A stretch of 64,000 bases of DNA from Verrucomicrobiota bacterium (GCA_047947115.1 CP170459.1:832001-896000), one strand, 5' to 3'; shown: positions 18,022 to 29,041, counted from the first letter of the stretch. The notes: a model not told the origin generated them from the sequence alone. Numbers and translations: made by a program.

Positions 18022-21000
18022 TTATTTCTCTTTACCTGGGATCACATGGACGGTGTGGTGCACGCGGGTGCGGATGTTTTGACCGCCGGTGGTTTTAACG
18101 TCGATGTTCAGCTCCATCATGTGCGCTGGACGCCAGTTGTCGATGTGGAGCAGGACGGATTTGCCGTCAGGTTGCAATTCGCTTCCGGTGACGGACATGG
18201 AAGTCCAGCCTGTTTTCCATTCATTGGGAGGCAGGTGGCGTTGATCCAGTTCGTATTCCTGCGAACCGTATTCCTGATTCCACAGAATGTCCGAGGCACG
18301 CAGACTGAAGCTGCCGGGGTCATTTGCGGTGGACGGATCAAGCGGTTCGGTGAAGGTGACTTTCAACCCGGATGGAGTTGCCTGCAACCCGGACGGCATG
18401 GCGACCGGTTTGCCGGTGTAACGGATGCGGTCGAGACCTCCATCACGTCCGGCATTGGATTGCCATCCCTTCAGTCCCGAGATGTAAAGCTGCCCGTCGC
18501 GTTCATTGAAGCGAAGGCGCATCACACTGGAGGTCGGTCGCAGCGGGAATTTCACCACACCGCCCTGCATTTGGTTCCCGACCTTTTCCTTGAGCACGAG
18601 GTACAGGGAACTTTGTCCATAGGAACCATGCAGCATTTCGCCCTGGAACGGTCCCCAACGATCACTGGTCACCCAACCTTGTCCACCACCTGAGTTGTCC
18701 ACACCTTTGGGCAACCATGCAAGGGGTCTGGGTTCTTCGCTTGGATCCCAGAATTCCTCGCGTCCGTTGCGACGATCCTCCACGGTGGCGGTGGTTTTCA
18801 TTTGATCACGGTGCTCGTAGGAATCGATCACCCCGAGAAAATCGTCCGGTTCCACCCAATTGATCGGGCATCGTGGCACAAAAGTTCCTTCATTGTCCCC
18901 TGTTGTGACTTGTCCGGTCGGACTGACTCCGATGCCGTTAGGCGCGCGCAATCCGCTTGCGTATCGGATCAAAGTGCTTCCGTCCTTGCTCACCTTGAGA
19001 ACCGATCCATGATGGGCGCTCATGCGCTCGAAACTGCGTCCGCCCCCTCGCACGGGCGAGCCAAAAGCGAAAAGGAAATTACCTTCAGGATCGGTGTGCA
19101 GATCGAACAGGAAGGCGTGGAATCCAGAGGTCAGTTCCCAGTCGTTGTTGAAGTTTTCGTAGTAGTCCGCTTCGCCGTCCTTGTTGAAATCATGATAACG
19201 CGTGATCTGATCGTCACTGACGGTGTAGATGACATCGTCCACTATTTTCAAACCGAGCGGTTCATGGATACCGGATGCAAACCGTTTCCATTCGAGCTGG
19301 TCGAGGTCGTCGTCGATGCCGCGGACAATCCAGACATCCCCGTCCCAAGTGCAAAGCGCGGCGGAAGTTCCTCCTGAGAAGAAATCGAAACCACCTACAC
19401 GAATATCGACTCCATAAGGGTTCTCGTAAGGCAAGGTCAAGCGATCGAGCACATAGGGTTCCTCGCCGGATTCATCGGCCAATTCACCCTGGGTTGTGAC
19501 GATTTCCGGCCAACGCACCGAGCCACCATTGATCAGGTTCCAAAGGGTAATGGATTCGCTGTGCACATTTTCGGGAAGATGCTGATCGCCTCGCCAGATG
19601 AGCACTTCAACTTGATAATCGCGCGCAGCGGCAGAGAGCTTCAAACGAGCCTGTCCACCCTCGATCACCAATCGTGCTCCGTCCGGTTTGGCTGCAACTC
19701 TCAAGTGAGCATTCCCGACCTTGAGTGTGGTATCGGACAATCGCTCGCCACCTTCGGGTGCATCCGCCAGCACAAGGGTTAATGGTTTACTGTGGGCTTC
19801 CAGCTCCAGACGACGGGAGATGGCTTTGGTTTCGCCGGCTTGAACGAGGGACGGGTGCTCGAGTACTTTGGTGCTTCCGACGGTATAGTGGAACACCACG
19901 TTGTCTCCGTGCCGATACAAGCCCTTGTAATGCGTCCAATCCTTCGGCAAATGACCCAGAGCCGGGTAACTGCTGTTGCGTGGATCTTCGAAACCTCCGT
20001 TGGCATCGGCCCAACCGGGAGTTGCGCCGGTGGCGATGAGAGGTTCCACACGCAGGTTCGGAAACGCTCCATGTCCTCCGGTAAAAGGCAGCCCTTCAAA
20101 GCGCAACCCGCCCTCCAGCCAGGCGGCTGCCATGCGCATGGTGTCGGTGTCAAAGACAACCGCTGCCTTGCCTTCTGGATCAAGACGTACCACATGACTG
20201 CGAAAGGTAACATTTTCTCCACGATCATCCATTCCCACACGGACAGCGGTTCCGATCAAGGAACCATATTTGGAGGGTATGGGTTCATCGTTGCGCGCCA
20301 CATTGCCCCCCTGGGCGGGGCGCCCTTCGCTGAAGGATTCCCATGCTTCTCGATCCCATTGGACAGAGGCAAATGCCTTGACCGAGTGCAGCAGTTGGTC
20401 GGCGGGGATCACCTGCTTGGTTTGGCCCGGAGGTGTCCATGAAAGAACGCAACCCTGACCGCCGCCCATTTCGTGGAAGATCAGATTGATGTCATGCCGG
20501 CCGGCTTCCAGTTCGATTTCCTCCGTTTCTTCGGAGAAGCTGTGCGCTCCCATGAAGCTCATGACCGTATCGTCACCGATCATCAGTCTCGCCCCGTCGT
20601 CAGAAGCCAAATGAATCTTGTAGGTGCCGCTTTCGGGTACGACAAGATTACCGGTCCATCGCACAAGGAAAGAATCCCTCAATTTGGAACCGTAAAAGTC
20701 GTCGTTGGAATTGGGAAAATTGATTCTGGAATCCACTCGCACAAAAAATGGGCGTGAGCGATTCATGCGACGGAGAAACCGGTTCCAATCTCCATTCACA
20801 CGATAATATTCACCAACCAAACCGGGCGCCATTCCAGGAGGCTGTTTGACGGCCAGGTCCTGCAGGTAGTCGAACAACGCTTCAAATTGTTTGTCCGCAT
20901 CTCCGTCAAAATGTTGCGCGAGCGGGGAAACATTGTTTTCGGTAAAGCGGGGCATGATGGAAGTCGGTATGATGCGCTGCGGATTGCGCATCCATTGTTG

Positions 21001-22851
21001 GTAAAATTCCGATCGCAGACGTCCGGGGGCCAGCTTCAGATTGGGTCCGGCCCCTTCAAACACAGCCACGGCGGGCTGGGAACCGATGGCATGACAGGCG
21101 TTGCAGCTGAATCCTTCGATCCCCGCCAGTTTTTCACCGATCGCAATGTGGTCCACACTCCCGGGCTCCCGGGTTTCGATCTTATCAGAAAGCCCGGCGG
21201 CATGAGCAAAACCGGTTGCCAGGTTCTCAGCGCGTGAACGCCAGGCAGGCATGCGGGCTTTGAGCCAGGGGCGGGTTTTTTCCGGCGTTTCACCTTTCAG
21301 CAGAGAGGCCGTCCAGTCGGCTTGCAATTTGAATCCAAGATGATCCAATGACGGGATTTTCTGAGGGGGTTGAGAAAGGGCTTCGTCTTCGTTTGCGGAG
21401 ACCGTTTCCGTACGCACCAGGTGGGCGACGTCTTCGCTGTATTGATCGCGCCAGGCGGCAACGGAATCTCTTTCGTGACAGGCGGCACATCGCAGGCGTT
21501 CAAATTGGCGTGCCGCAAATTCCTGAGGAATCGAATGTCCCAACGACGCCACAAGGCGTTTGGCCGTTTCGGGTTCGGCAGCTTGATTCAAAGCGTTCAA
21601 GTCCTGGTGAAACAACGGCGCATTCGACCGGGCATTACCGGAGTCCAGACAACCCTCCTTGGACCCCAGAACAGCGGCAAGGGAAGGTGCTGCGAATGTG
21701 TTTTGAACTCCGTCCAGCTCATGACAATTCAGACAGCCGGAGGAGGCCACCAATTGTTTTCCCATTGTCGGATCACCAAAAGTGAGTTCGGTGGCGGCTC
21801 CGGTGTCCTTGCCCAATGAGCGGATGAAAGCGGCCAGGTTTTCTGCTTCACCGCGGGACAGTTCAAATGTGGGCATGCGGGTGTCGGCATAATGCTGGGC
21901 GGGTTGTTGGAGAAATCCACCCAACACTCCCAAACCATACTTGCGTCCGGCTCCGGCGAGGGAAATGCGATCAGCGGTGTCTTCCTCCATGGTATGGCAG
22001 GCATAGCACCCAAGTTCCTGGAACAAATGGCCACCTTCCTCGGCAATCCCCTGCCCCAGACGGTCCGTGCGACCTGTTTGAGTCGCCAGGAAGGCTGCAA
22101 TATGGGCCGATTTTTGCGAGGCATCGTCTCCACGGAAAACGCGCGGCATGTGAGCGCTCTTCCGAATCGATTGGGGATCCCGAATCCAGTCCGCCATCCA
22201 CGCCGCATTCAATCGACTCCCGATACCATTGAAAGAAGGTCCTTTTTCCAATGCTTCCGGCATGTTGATTTCCAACCCGGGCTGGTGACAAGCGGCGCAT
22301 TTTTGATTGGCCAGTTCGGTTCGTGCGGTTCTCAAAACCGAATCCAAGCCGGTTTCAGGAGATTTCAACACACTTGCAGGGACCGGTTCGAATGCGAAGC
22401 CATCGCTTTTCCAGAACAATCGCAGTTGGGCATCGCCTGCAGCCGGGCTGGTGTATTCGATGCGCAGAGCATGTTCACCTTGTGAAAGCGTCAGGGTCCG
22501 GGACGGAGTGCCCCAGTCGGAAGCGACATTTGCTCCGTCCACAAACAATGTGGCCTGCCCACGACCTCTCATTTCGAACGTGATCGGTTGCCGGGCATTC
22601 AAAGCCAGCTGTGTGGTTATCTTTGCTTTGAACAGTCCTTGATCAAGAAAAGGTGTCGGAGCGTTGCCTGCCGGGACATAGATGGCCGGGTGCCGATCCA
22701 CGCGCCTGTCCATGTGTTCTCCCTGTTGAAACTCGACATGCACATTGGCGGACAAAGCCATAACATGGCACACGGACATGACTCCTATGAACCGTTGAAG
22801 GAAACGTTTCAAGTTGGAGCTGGGATTCGAATGAGTCTTCAATTCTTTCAT
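18022..22851 (-). CDS. Large exported multidomain protein: PA14-like, penta-haem cytochrome c, PA14, DUF6797-like, beta-propeller
   Basis: Signal peptide; CAACH, CYACH, CLNCH, CAACH, CNACH; PA14 motifs FLVRWTG and ASDDGARL; FASGIHEPLGL, GLRAPNG, GDNEG. Confidence 0.75.
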   Translation of the reverse strand: MKELKTHSNPSSNLKRFLQRFIGVMSVCHVMALSANVHVEFQQGEHMDRRVDRHPAIYVPAGNAPTPFLDQGLFKAKITTQLALNARQPITFEMRGRGQATLFVDGANVASDWGTPSRTLTLSQGEHALRIEYTSPAAGDAQLRLFWKSDGFAFEPVPASVLKSPETGLDSVLRTARTELANQKCAACHQPGLEINMPEALEKGPSFNGIGSRLNAAWMADWIRDPQSIRKSAHMPRVFRGDDASQKSAHIAAFLATQTGRTDRLGQGIAEEGGHLFQELGCYACHTMEEDTADRISLAGAGRKYGLGVLGGFLQQPAQHYADTRMPTFELSRGEAENLAAFIRSLGKDTGAATELTFGDPTMGKQLVASSGCLNCHELDGVQNTFAAPSLAAVLGSKEGCLDSGNARSNAPLFHQDLNALNQAAEPETAKRLVASLGHSIPQEFAARQFERLRCAACHERDSVAAWRDQYSEDVAHLVRTETVSANEDEALSQPPQKIPSLDHLGFKLQADWTASLLKGETPEKTRPWLKARMPAWRSRAENLATGFAHAAGLSDKIETREPGSVDHIAIGEKLAGIEGFSCNACHAIGSQPAVAVFEGAGPNLKLAPGRLRSEFYQQWMRNPQRIIPTSIMPRFTENNVSPLAQHFDGDADKQFEALFDYLQDLAVKQPPGMAPGLVGEYYRVNGDWNRFLRRMNRSRPFFVRVDSRINFPNSNDDFYGSKLRDSFLVRWTGNLVVPESGTYKIHLASDDGARLMIGDDTVMSFMGAHSFSEETEEIELEAGRHDINLIFHEMGGGQGCVLSWTPPGQTKQVIPADQLLHSVKAFASVQWDREAWESFSEGRPAQGGNVARNDEPIPSKYGSLIGTAVRVGMDDRGENVTFRSHVVRLDPEGKAAVVFDTDTMRMAAAWLEGGLRFEGLPFTGGHGAFPNLRVEPLIATGATPGWADANGGFEDPRNSSYPALGHLPKDWTHYKGLYRHGDNVVFHYTVGSTKVLEHPSLVQAGETKAISRRLELEAHSKPLTLVLADAPEGGERLSDTTLKVGNAHLRVAAKPDGARLVIEGGQARLKLSAAARDYQVEVLIWRGDQHLPENVHSESITLWNLINGGSVRWPEIVTTQGELADESGEEPYVLDRLTLPYENPYGVDIRVGGFDFFSGGTSAALCTWDGDVWIVRGIDDDLDQLEWKRFASGIHEPLGLKIVDDVIYTVSDDQITRYHDFNKDGEADYYENFNNDWELTSGFHAFLFDLHTDPEGNFLFAFGSPVRGGGRSFERMSAHHGSVLKVSKDGSTLIRYASGLRAPNGIGVSPTGQVTTGDNEGTFVPRCPINWVEPDDFLGVIDSYEHRDQMKTTATVEDRRNGREEFWDPSEEPRPLAWLPKGVDNSGGGQGWVTSDRWGPFQGEMLHGSYGQSSLYLVLKEKVGNQMQGGVVKFPLRPTSSVMRLRFNERDGQLYISGLKGWQSNAGRDGGLDRIRYTGKPVAMPSGLQATPSGLKVTFTEPLDPSTANDPGSFSLRASDILWNQEYGSQEYELDQRHLPPNEWKTGWTSMSVTGSELQPDGKSVLLHIDNWRPAHMMELNIDVKTTGGQNIRTRVHHTVHVIPGKEK

Positions 22852-22964
22852 GAGTCTTGGGGGCCGTTCGAGCCGGGAAGTTAGTATTGGGATGAAATGA
22901 TTTTGGTCAAGCGGGCATTTTCAAATCTGGACGTGCAGCACGCCTGCGTGCAGAATGCTGCCCT

Positions 22965-23873
22965 ATGCGATCCCATTGCCAAGATAGGAAGCAATCATCT
23001 GCCATTTCGAGGAGAAAGTTTATCAAGATGAGCGGCGTCACATCCCTTGCATTCGCCACCCACATTCAAGGTGACGAACATTCGACCAAGCCTATACGCA
23101 TTGGGCTGATTACAGATATTCACTATGCGGATCTGGACACCGCGGGATCACGGCACTACCGGGATTCCGTCACCAAGGTGCGGGAAGCGGTGAGGATTTT
23201 CAATGAGGCCGAACCTGACATCGTCATTTGTCTCGGTGATCTGATCGATGCCGGAGCGACGGTGGAAAAGGAGTACGCTCACCTGGAAGCCATGGCACGT
23301 GAGTTCAAAGAACTGAACGCACCCACCCGCTTTGTTTTGGGTAATCATTGTGTGTATACCTTGACCAAGCAGGAATTTTTAAAAGGTGTCGGGCAGGATC
23401 GCAGTTACGATGCGCTGACCCATATTGGAATCCGGCTTGTATTCCTGGACGCTTGTTTCACGAAGGCGGGGGAGGATTACGGACGAAAAAATTATAACTG
23501 GACGGACACCGAAATTCCGGAAAAGGAACGTGATTGGTTGAAGTCCGTCTTGTCGGAGGGTCAACGCCCCACCCTGGTCTTTGTGCATCAGCGTTTGGAT
23601 GTGGAAGGCTCATACGGTGTGCATAGTGCAAAGGAAGTCCGCGGGATTCTTGAAGATTCGAAGCAAGTTGTTGCGGTTTTCCAGGGTCACAACCACGTCA
23701 ACGACCACAAAACCATCAACGGCATTCATTACCTGACCATGAACGCAGTCATCGAGGGACCGGCTCCGGCAAACAACTCTTTTGCCGTGCTGGATTATTC
23801 TCCGGCAGACCAACGTATCCGCATCGAAGGACACCACCACCAAAAGAACTACACTCTTTCCCCGGAAGCATAA
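22965..23873 (+). CDS. Tat-exported calcineurin-like metallophosphoesterase
   Basis: SRRKFIK; TDIH, LGDLID, GNHC, FVHQ, GHNH. Confidence 0.88.
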   Translation: MRSHCQDRKQSSAISRRKFIKMSGVTSLAFATHIQGDEHSTKPIRIGLITDIHYADLDTAGSRHYRDSVTKVREAVRIFNEAEPDIVICLGDLIDAGATVEKEYAHLEAMAREFKELNAPTRFVLGNHCVYTLTKQEFLKGVGQDRSYDALTHIGIRLVFLDACFTKAGEDYGRKNYNWTDTEIPEKERDWLKSVLSEGQRPTLVFVHQRLDVEGSYGVHSAKEVRGILEDSKQVVAVFQGHNHVNDHKTINGIHYLTMNAVIEGPAPANNSFAVLDYSPADQRIRIEGHHHQKNYTLSPEA

Positions 23874-23909
23874 GGTACTATTTTGAAGATACGCTTTTTT
23901 CCAAAAAAC

Positions 23910-25484
23910 ATGCCGGACGCGCTTTGGAAGCGCATCCTGATCCGAACCGTTCTGATAGGATTTTACAGCTTCATTTTGCTGGTTCTGTTGATTGCAGGCA
24001 TCATCGGGGCGTTTCAGATTCCGGCGGTCTCTGGATTGTTTTTCAAAACAATGTTGAAGATGGGGTGGGAAGATTTCCCACCCCAGAAACCGCCCGTAGC
24101 GGAGGCAGCGACACCGCCTGCGTTTACCTCAAGCATCACGCCTCAACCTGAAACGGCCAGTGAGCTGTTCCAATGGGACCAGGTCTGGCAAGCGCACATT
24201 CGATTTAACAGCAATCAGTGGCATCAATTATCTCCACTGAAAATCCCCCCTTCACCCGGAGCATTTTCCCCCAAGATGACTTTACGGAACCCAAAAGCAA
24301 GTCGGGCCGGGTTGTTGGGCGTGATGGGATGGGATCTCCCCTGGTCCAAAGCGGAATCGCTTCATTTCAACGGACAAATCTTCACCAACATCGCTGCACG
24401 CTACAAGGGGAACGGCACCTTCCTGGAGTCCAAACAGAACTACAAGCGGTCGTTCAAACTGGACCTGAATGAATTTGTCAAAGGTCAGAAACTGGCCAAA
24501 CAGGAAACTGTTAATTTTCACAACCTCCTGGCCGACCGCAGTCGCATGAATGATGCATTGGGGTATCGGTATTTCAGGATGGCCGGGGTGCCGAGTCCGC
24601 GCACCACATTTGTGGATATGACATTGGAGATCGATGAGATGTTACCCCCTTCAATGCTGGGACTTTACCTGATGGTGGAGAAACCCGACAACAAGTGGCT
24701 GAAAGACTTCTTTGGTAAGGAAGGCGGAGCGGTTTTCAAACCCGTCACATTGACACTATTTAAATACCTGAGTGATAACTGGGCAGATTATGCGCCGGTC
24801 TATGGTCCAAAGTCCGATTTAACGGATGCACAAAAACAGCATTTAATCTCGACCGCAAAATGGTTTTCAAATGTTTCACCTGAAACCATATCCAATGAAA
24901 TGGGACAGTATTTTGACATCGATCTGACCGCTCGCTTTTTTGCTGGTCAGGTGATTTTGTCCAATTGTGACGGCATCCTGTTCAATGGCCAGAACTTCCT
25001 AATGGTCATGGCCCCAGAAACAAATCTCATTTCATTTGCACCTTGGGACCTGGATCATTCCTGGGGCGAGTTTCCGTTCACAGGCTCCTATTCAGATCGA
25101 ATCCATGCGAGCATCCATCAACCTTGGATCGGTGAGAACTTCTTTGTAGAGAAACTCTTTCAGGCGGAGATTTTCAAGGAAGCCTATCTTGCAGCTATGC
25201 GTGACCAACTCTCCAATACCTTTGATGAAGCAACACTTACGCATGAAGTGGATCATTTGGCAGCCATTCTCTCGCCTATTGTAAAAAAAGAATCCGAACA
25301 CCGATTTGAACAGTTTCAAAAATCTTCATTGGACACGGATCAACCAGGCGTCGCCAGCTCCAACCCTATGGATCCCAACCGCCCCGTTCACCAACTGAAA
25401 CGCTTTGTTCGCGAAAGAAAGCAATCCATCGAATCGCAACTTTCTGGAGAGGAAGAAGGTATCCATATCTCGGTCGAATTTTAA
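23910..25484 (+). CDS. CotH kinase family protein, membrane anchored
   Basis: RYKGNGT, KRSFKLD, AGVPSPRT, LGLYLMVE, PWDLDHSWG. Confidence 0.85.
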   Translation: MPDALWKRILIRTVLIGFYSFILLVLLIAGIIGAFQIPAVSGLFFKTMLKMGWEDFPPQKPPVAEAATPPAFTSSITPQPETASELFQWDQVWQAHIRFNSNQWHQLSPLKIPPSPGAFSPKMTLRNPKASRAGLLGVMGWDLPWSKAESLHFNGQIFTNIAARYKGNGTFLESKQNYKRSFKLDLNEFVKGQKLAKQETVNFHNLLADRSRMNDALGYRYFRMAGVPSPRTTFVDMTLEIDEMLPPSMLGLYLMVEKPDNKWLKDFFGKEGGAVFKPVTLTLFKYLSDNWADYAPVYGPKSDLTDAQKQHLISTAKWFSNVSPETISNEMGQYFDIDLTARFFAGQVILSNCDGILFNGQNFLMVMAPETNLISFAPWDLDHSWGEFPFTGSYSDRIHASIHQPWIGENFFVEKLFQAEIFKEAYLAAMRDQLSNTFDEATLTHEVDHLAAILSPIVKKESEHRFEQFQKSSLDTDQPGVASSNPMDPNRPVHQLKRFVRERKQSIESQLSGEEEGIHISVEF

Positions 25485-25675
25485 TGGAAACCCCGATTGA
25501 CGCATTGTACTATAGGCTCCCAAAAACGCACCATCCACCTCTTCAAGAATGTCGGATTTTCGCATTTTTGGTTTGCTAGCACCCTCATTTTGACTTAGTA
25601 TTTTCGTCTCTCGAACCTAAGAGCCTGAGTAGGAATTCGTATCGGGGGCGGTAGCAACCATTCTGGAAGAAGCAG

Positions 25676-27226
25676 ATGATTCAGACGAACGACAGGGCGA
25701 TCCATTCCGGCACCATATTGTGCCCGGACGAGGCGAATTATCTGCTCGATGCGACTCAGGATGCCATTCTTGTCATATCTACCGACCGACGAATAATTTA
25801 CGCAAACAAAGGTATCGCCAACATGGTCGGAATGCGACCCTCGGAATTAATTGGGGCTGATCTGATCGAATTATTGTTTGATCATCCCGAATCGACAGCA
25901 GATGTGTTGACTGCTCTCGATTCCTGCCAAAAGTGTGGCCGATGGGCAGGCATGCTCCAGCTTTCTCAGGATGATGAAGTCACCATCCAGTTCCAGACCC
26001 GATGGAACCTTTTGTCTTCCTTTCGAGATCATTATCCAGCCATCCTGATGGTGGCAACGGACACGACCGAACAACGCAATCTGGAAAGCAAGCTGCGTCG
26101 CACACAAAGACTGGAAAGCTTGGGAACCATGGCTACCGGTATTGCGCATGACCTGAACAACATCCTGACTCCTATTGTCATTTGCTCAGGCATGCTTCGC
26201 ACGGCCACGGAAAATCCTCAATGCGATCAGTATCTGGACGCAATTGAGAAAAACGCAAAGCGCGGCGCGGACGTGATCAAGCAGATCCTTACCTTCGCGC
26301 GTGGCGGCAACGGGAAGAAATCGCATTTCAGCATCGGGATCATTCTGAAAGAAATCACCCGAATGGTCTCCGAAACGTTTCCGAAATCCATCGAATGCGA
26401 CGCACACTTTTCCCTCAATGCATGGCCAGTGTTTGGAAACGCCACACAATTGCATCAGGTGTTCATGAACCTTCTCATCAACGCACGCGATGCCATGCTT
26501 CCCGATGGAGGTCGGATCAAAATTTCGCTCCAGAACAGACACCTTACCCAAAAGGACGTTTCCCTGATGTCCGATGGCTGCCCGGGCGCGTATCTGGTCG
26601 TGGATGTGGAGGATTCGGGAGTAGGCATTAGAAACACTGATTTGGAACGCATCTTTGATCCCTTCTTCACCACAAAGCCCGCCGAACACGGAACGGGATT
26701 GGGATTGGCAACAGTCCGGGGTATCATCCAGGAGCATGGAGGGTTTATTTTGGTCAAATCCAGCTTCGGACATGGCACGCTTTTCAAAGTCTTTTTACCG
26801 GCAAATCCGAATGCCATCATTGAAAACCCTTACCCGAAAACTTACAACAAAGTGAGAAGCGGGAACGGCGAGACCATTCTGGTGGTGGACGATGAGCCAT
26901 CCATTGGGGCTTTGGTGAGCAAGGCATTGGAAGAAAACGGATACAGCCCCATACAGGCAAAAGACGGAGTGGAAGCCATTGAAACATATCTGCAGCACAA
27001 GGCATCAATGGTCATCACTGATTTGGACATGCCGCAGTTGAACGGCGTCAGCCTCCTGAGGACTTTGAAAAAGCTGGAGCCCGGGCTTCGTTCGATCTGC
27101 ATTTCGGGAAACGTCACCGATGAGGTTTCCGAACAATTGGAGAAATTGGGAGTCCGAACCATTCTGAGCAAACCCTTTCAAATAACCACCCTCTTGGATC
27201 ACGTCCACGAGGTACTCCAGAAGTAG
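25676..27226 (+). CDS. PAS-domain hybrid sensor histidine kinase/response regulator (CckA-like)
   Basis: GIAHDLNNIL, NLLINARDAM, DSGVGI, FDPFFTTK, GTGLGL, receiver ILVVDDE...TDLDMP...KPF. Confidence 0.92.
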   Translation: MIQTNDRAIHSGTILCPDEANYLLDATQDAILVISTDRRIIYANKGIANMVGMRPSELIGADLIELLFDHPESTADVLTALDSCQKCGRWAGMLQLSQDDEVTIQFQTRWNLLSSFRDHYPAILMVATDTTEQRNLESKLRRTQRLESLGTMATGIAHDLNNILTPIVICSGMLRTATENPQCDQYLDAIEKNAKRGADVIKQILTFARGGNGKKSHFSIGIILKEITRMVSETFPKSIECDAHFSLNAWPVFGNATQLHQVFMNLLINARDAMLPDGGRIKISLQNRHLTQKDVSLMSDGCPGAYLVVDVEDSGVGIRNTDLERIFDPFFTTKPAEHGTGLGLATVRGIIQEHGGFILVKSSFGHGTLFKVFLPANPNAIIENPYPKTYNKVRSGNGETILVVDDEPSIGALVSKALEENGYSPIQAKDGVEAIETYLQHKASMVITDLDMPQLNGVSLLRTLKKLEPGLRSICISGNVTDEVSEQLEKLGVRTILSKPFQITTLLDHVHEVLQK

Positions 27227-27302
27227 CATCCCGTTTTTTTGGCAACAACTTTTTCGAATCGGCCGCTCAAGGATCATATTCGAACCTGTACATCACAAAA
27301 CT

Positions 27303-27330
27303 TTGACAAACTCATCCATTTGTCGACAAT
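27303..27330 (+). promoter_or_regulatory. Putative sigma70 promoter giving a leaderless transcript
   Basis: TTGACA-N16-GACAAT-N6-ATG. Confidence 0.45.
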
Positions 27331-27336
27331 TCGAGT

Positions 27337-28218
27337 ATGATGATCAACTGGATGCGAAACGTGTTCATTGCCGGCCTGTTGGGCGTGACCCTGTCCCATG
27401 TTGCTTCGGCGGAGGAACAGGACCATCTGCCGATGGAAGCCAGGTATCAGGAAGGGGTTCCCAAGGGCAGCGTCACCGAGTATGTCTGGGACACCAGCGA
27501 AACCTTTCCCGGAACTTGGCGACAGTATTGGGTCTACGTGCCGGCACAATATGATCCGGACCGTGAAACGGCGGTCATGGTGTTTCAGGATGGGGAGCGT
27601 TTTTTGGATCCGCAAGGCAACTTCCATGTCCCCGCCGTTTTCGACAATCTGATTCATGTTGGTGAAATGCCGGTCACGATCGGCATCTTTATCAATCCAG
27701 GCAACCGGGGGATGCCCGAGCCGAATCAACGGCGTTACAACAATCGAAGCATCGAGTATGACACCCCGGACGCCACTTATGCGAAGTTTCTGCTGGAGGA
27801 AATCCTGCCGGAAGTCGGACGACATTATCGTTTAAGCAATGATCCGGAGTTGCGTGCCATCTGCGGAAACAGTTCGGGAGGTATTTGTGCATTTACCGTG
27901 GCTTGGGAACGTCCGGATGCGTTCCGCAAAGTGGTCAGTCACATCGGCAGCTTTGTCAACATCCGCGGAGGCCACAGCTACCCCGCCATGATTCGGAAGA
28001 CCGAACGAAAACCCCTGCGGGTCTTTTTGCAGGATGGCATGAACGACCTGGACAACGCACACGGAAACTGGCCACTTGCGAACAAACAGATGGAAAAAGC
28101 GTTGCGCTTCATGGAATATGATTATCGCATGGTTTGGGGAACAGGCGCCCACAGCTCAAAACATGGAGGTCAGATATTCCCGCAGACCATGCGCTGGTTG
28201 TGGCGGGATTTCCATTGA
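27337..28218 (+). CDS. Exported putative esterase (Fes/enterochelin esterase-like alpha/beta hydrolase)
   Basis: Signal peptide, WVYVPAQY, MVFQDG, NRSIEYD, GNSSGG nucleophile elbow. Confidence 0.85.
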   Translation: MMINWMRNVFIAGLLGVTLSHVASAEEQDHLPMEARYQEGVPKGSVTEYVWDTSETFPGTWRQYWVYVPAQYDPDRETAVMVFQDGERFLDPQGNFHVPAVFDNLIHVGEMPVTIGIFINPGNRGMPEPNQRRYNNRSIEYDTPDATYAKFLLEEILPEVGRHYRLSNDPELRAICGNSSGGICAFTVAWERPDAFRKVVSHIGSFVNIRGGHSYPAMIRKTERKPLRVFLQDGMNDLDNAHGNWPLANKQMEKALRFMEYDYRMVWGTGAHSSKHGGQIFPQTMRWLWRDFH

Positions 28219-28322
28219 TGAACCAAATACAATCTCAAGAGGCAAAAAGCGGACAATCCCGATCAAAAGGAATCCAGCAAGACGGACTCCGATCCGTCAC
28301 GAAAGTTATAACTTGATCGAGC

Positions 28323-28348
28323 GCAACCTTTACACGAAAAATCTGTTA
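28323..28348 (+). promoter_or_regulatory. Putative ECF-type promoter upstream of the sigma gene
   Basis: GCAAC-N16-TGTTA; a similar motif recurs at 29000. Confidence 0.5.
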
Positions 28349-28361
28349 GAAACTATCAAAT

Positions 28362-28967
28362 ATGCCGACAACACAGGACTCCGATGTAGAACTCATGCTG
28401 CAGGTTCAGCAAGGTGATCTTGTGTCCTTTGAAGGCCTGGTAGATCGTTACAAGCAACCCATATTCAATCTGATTTACCGGATGCTGCGCGATGCAGATG
28501 AGGCAGAGGACATTGCGCAGAAAGTATTTATTCAGGTCTACAAGGCCTCCGAACGTTACCGACCAACCGCACAGTTTTCCACCTGGATATTCACCATCGC
28601 CCGGAACCTGACACTCAACGAAATACGCAGAAGATCCCGCAAGCCCAACACCGATTCGCTGGACGCAACCATCGATCCGGAAGGCGATCAGATTCCGAGG
28701 GAATATGGAGACGTCAAAAGCAAGGATGCCAGAGAGGAAGCCATGAGGCGCGAGTTGCTGGACCGGATCGATCTGGGCATTTCGGAACTTCCTGAAAACC
28801 AGCGGGCCGCCATTCTTTTATGCAAGGAAGGCGACGTCAGCTATGATGAAATTGCCAAGATCCTGAATTGCTCTGTGTCGGCTGTTAAATCATTGCTTTT
28901 CCGTGCAAGAGAAACCCTTAAGCGCCGGATCAAGCATTATGTCTCCACAGGCGATTGGGAGGAATGA
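28362..28967 (+). CDS. ECF RNA polymerase sigma factor
   Basis: DEAEDIAQKVF, FSTWIFTIARN, LPENQR, SYDEIAKIL, VKSLLFRAR. Confidence 0.95.
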   Translation: MPTTQDSDVELMLQVQQGDLVSFEGLVDRYKQPIFNLIYRMLRDADEAEDIAQKVFIQVYKASERYRPTAQFSTWIFTIARNLTLNEIRRRSRKPNTDSLDATIDPEGDQIPREYGDVKSKDAREEAMRRELLDRIDLGISELPENQRAAILLCKEGDVSYDEIAKILNCSVSAVKSLLFRARETLKRRIKHYVSTGDWEE

Positions 28968-28999
28968 AGTACGCATCCCATCAAAATGAACCTTTCGGA

Positions 29000-29025
29000 G
29001 CAACTTTTGATGGAAAACAGTTTTA
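29000..29025 (+). promoter_or_regulatory. Putative internal ECF-type promoter upstream of the anti-sigma gene
   Basis: GCAAC-N16-TTTTA with the same spacer features as 28323. Confidence 0.4.
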
Positions 29026-29041
29026 GAGTAAATTGGACGTT

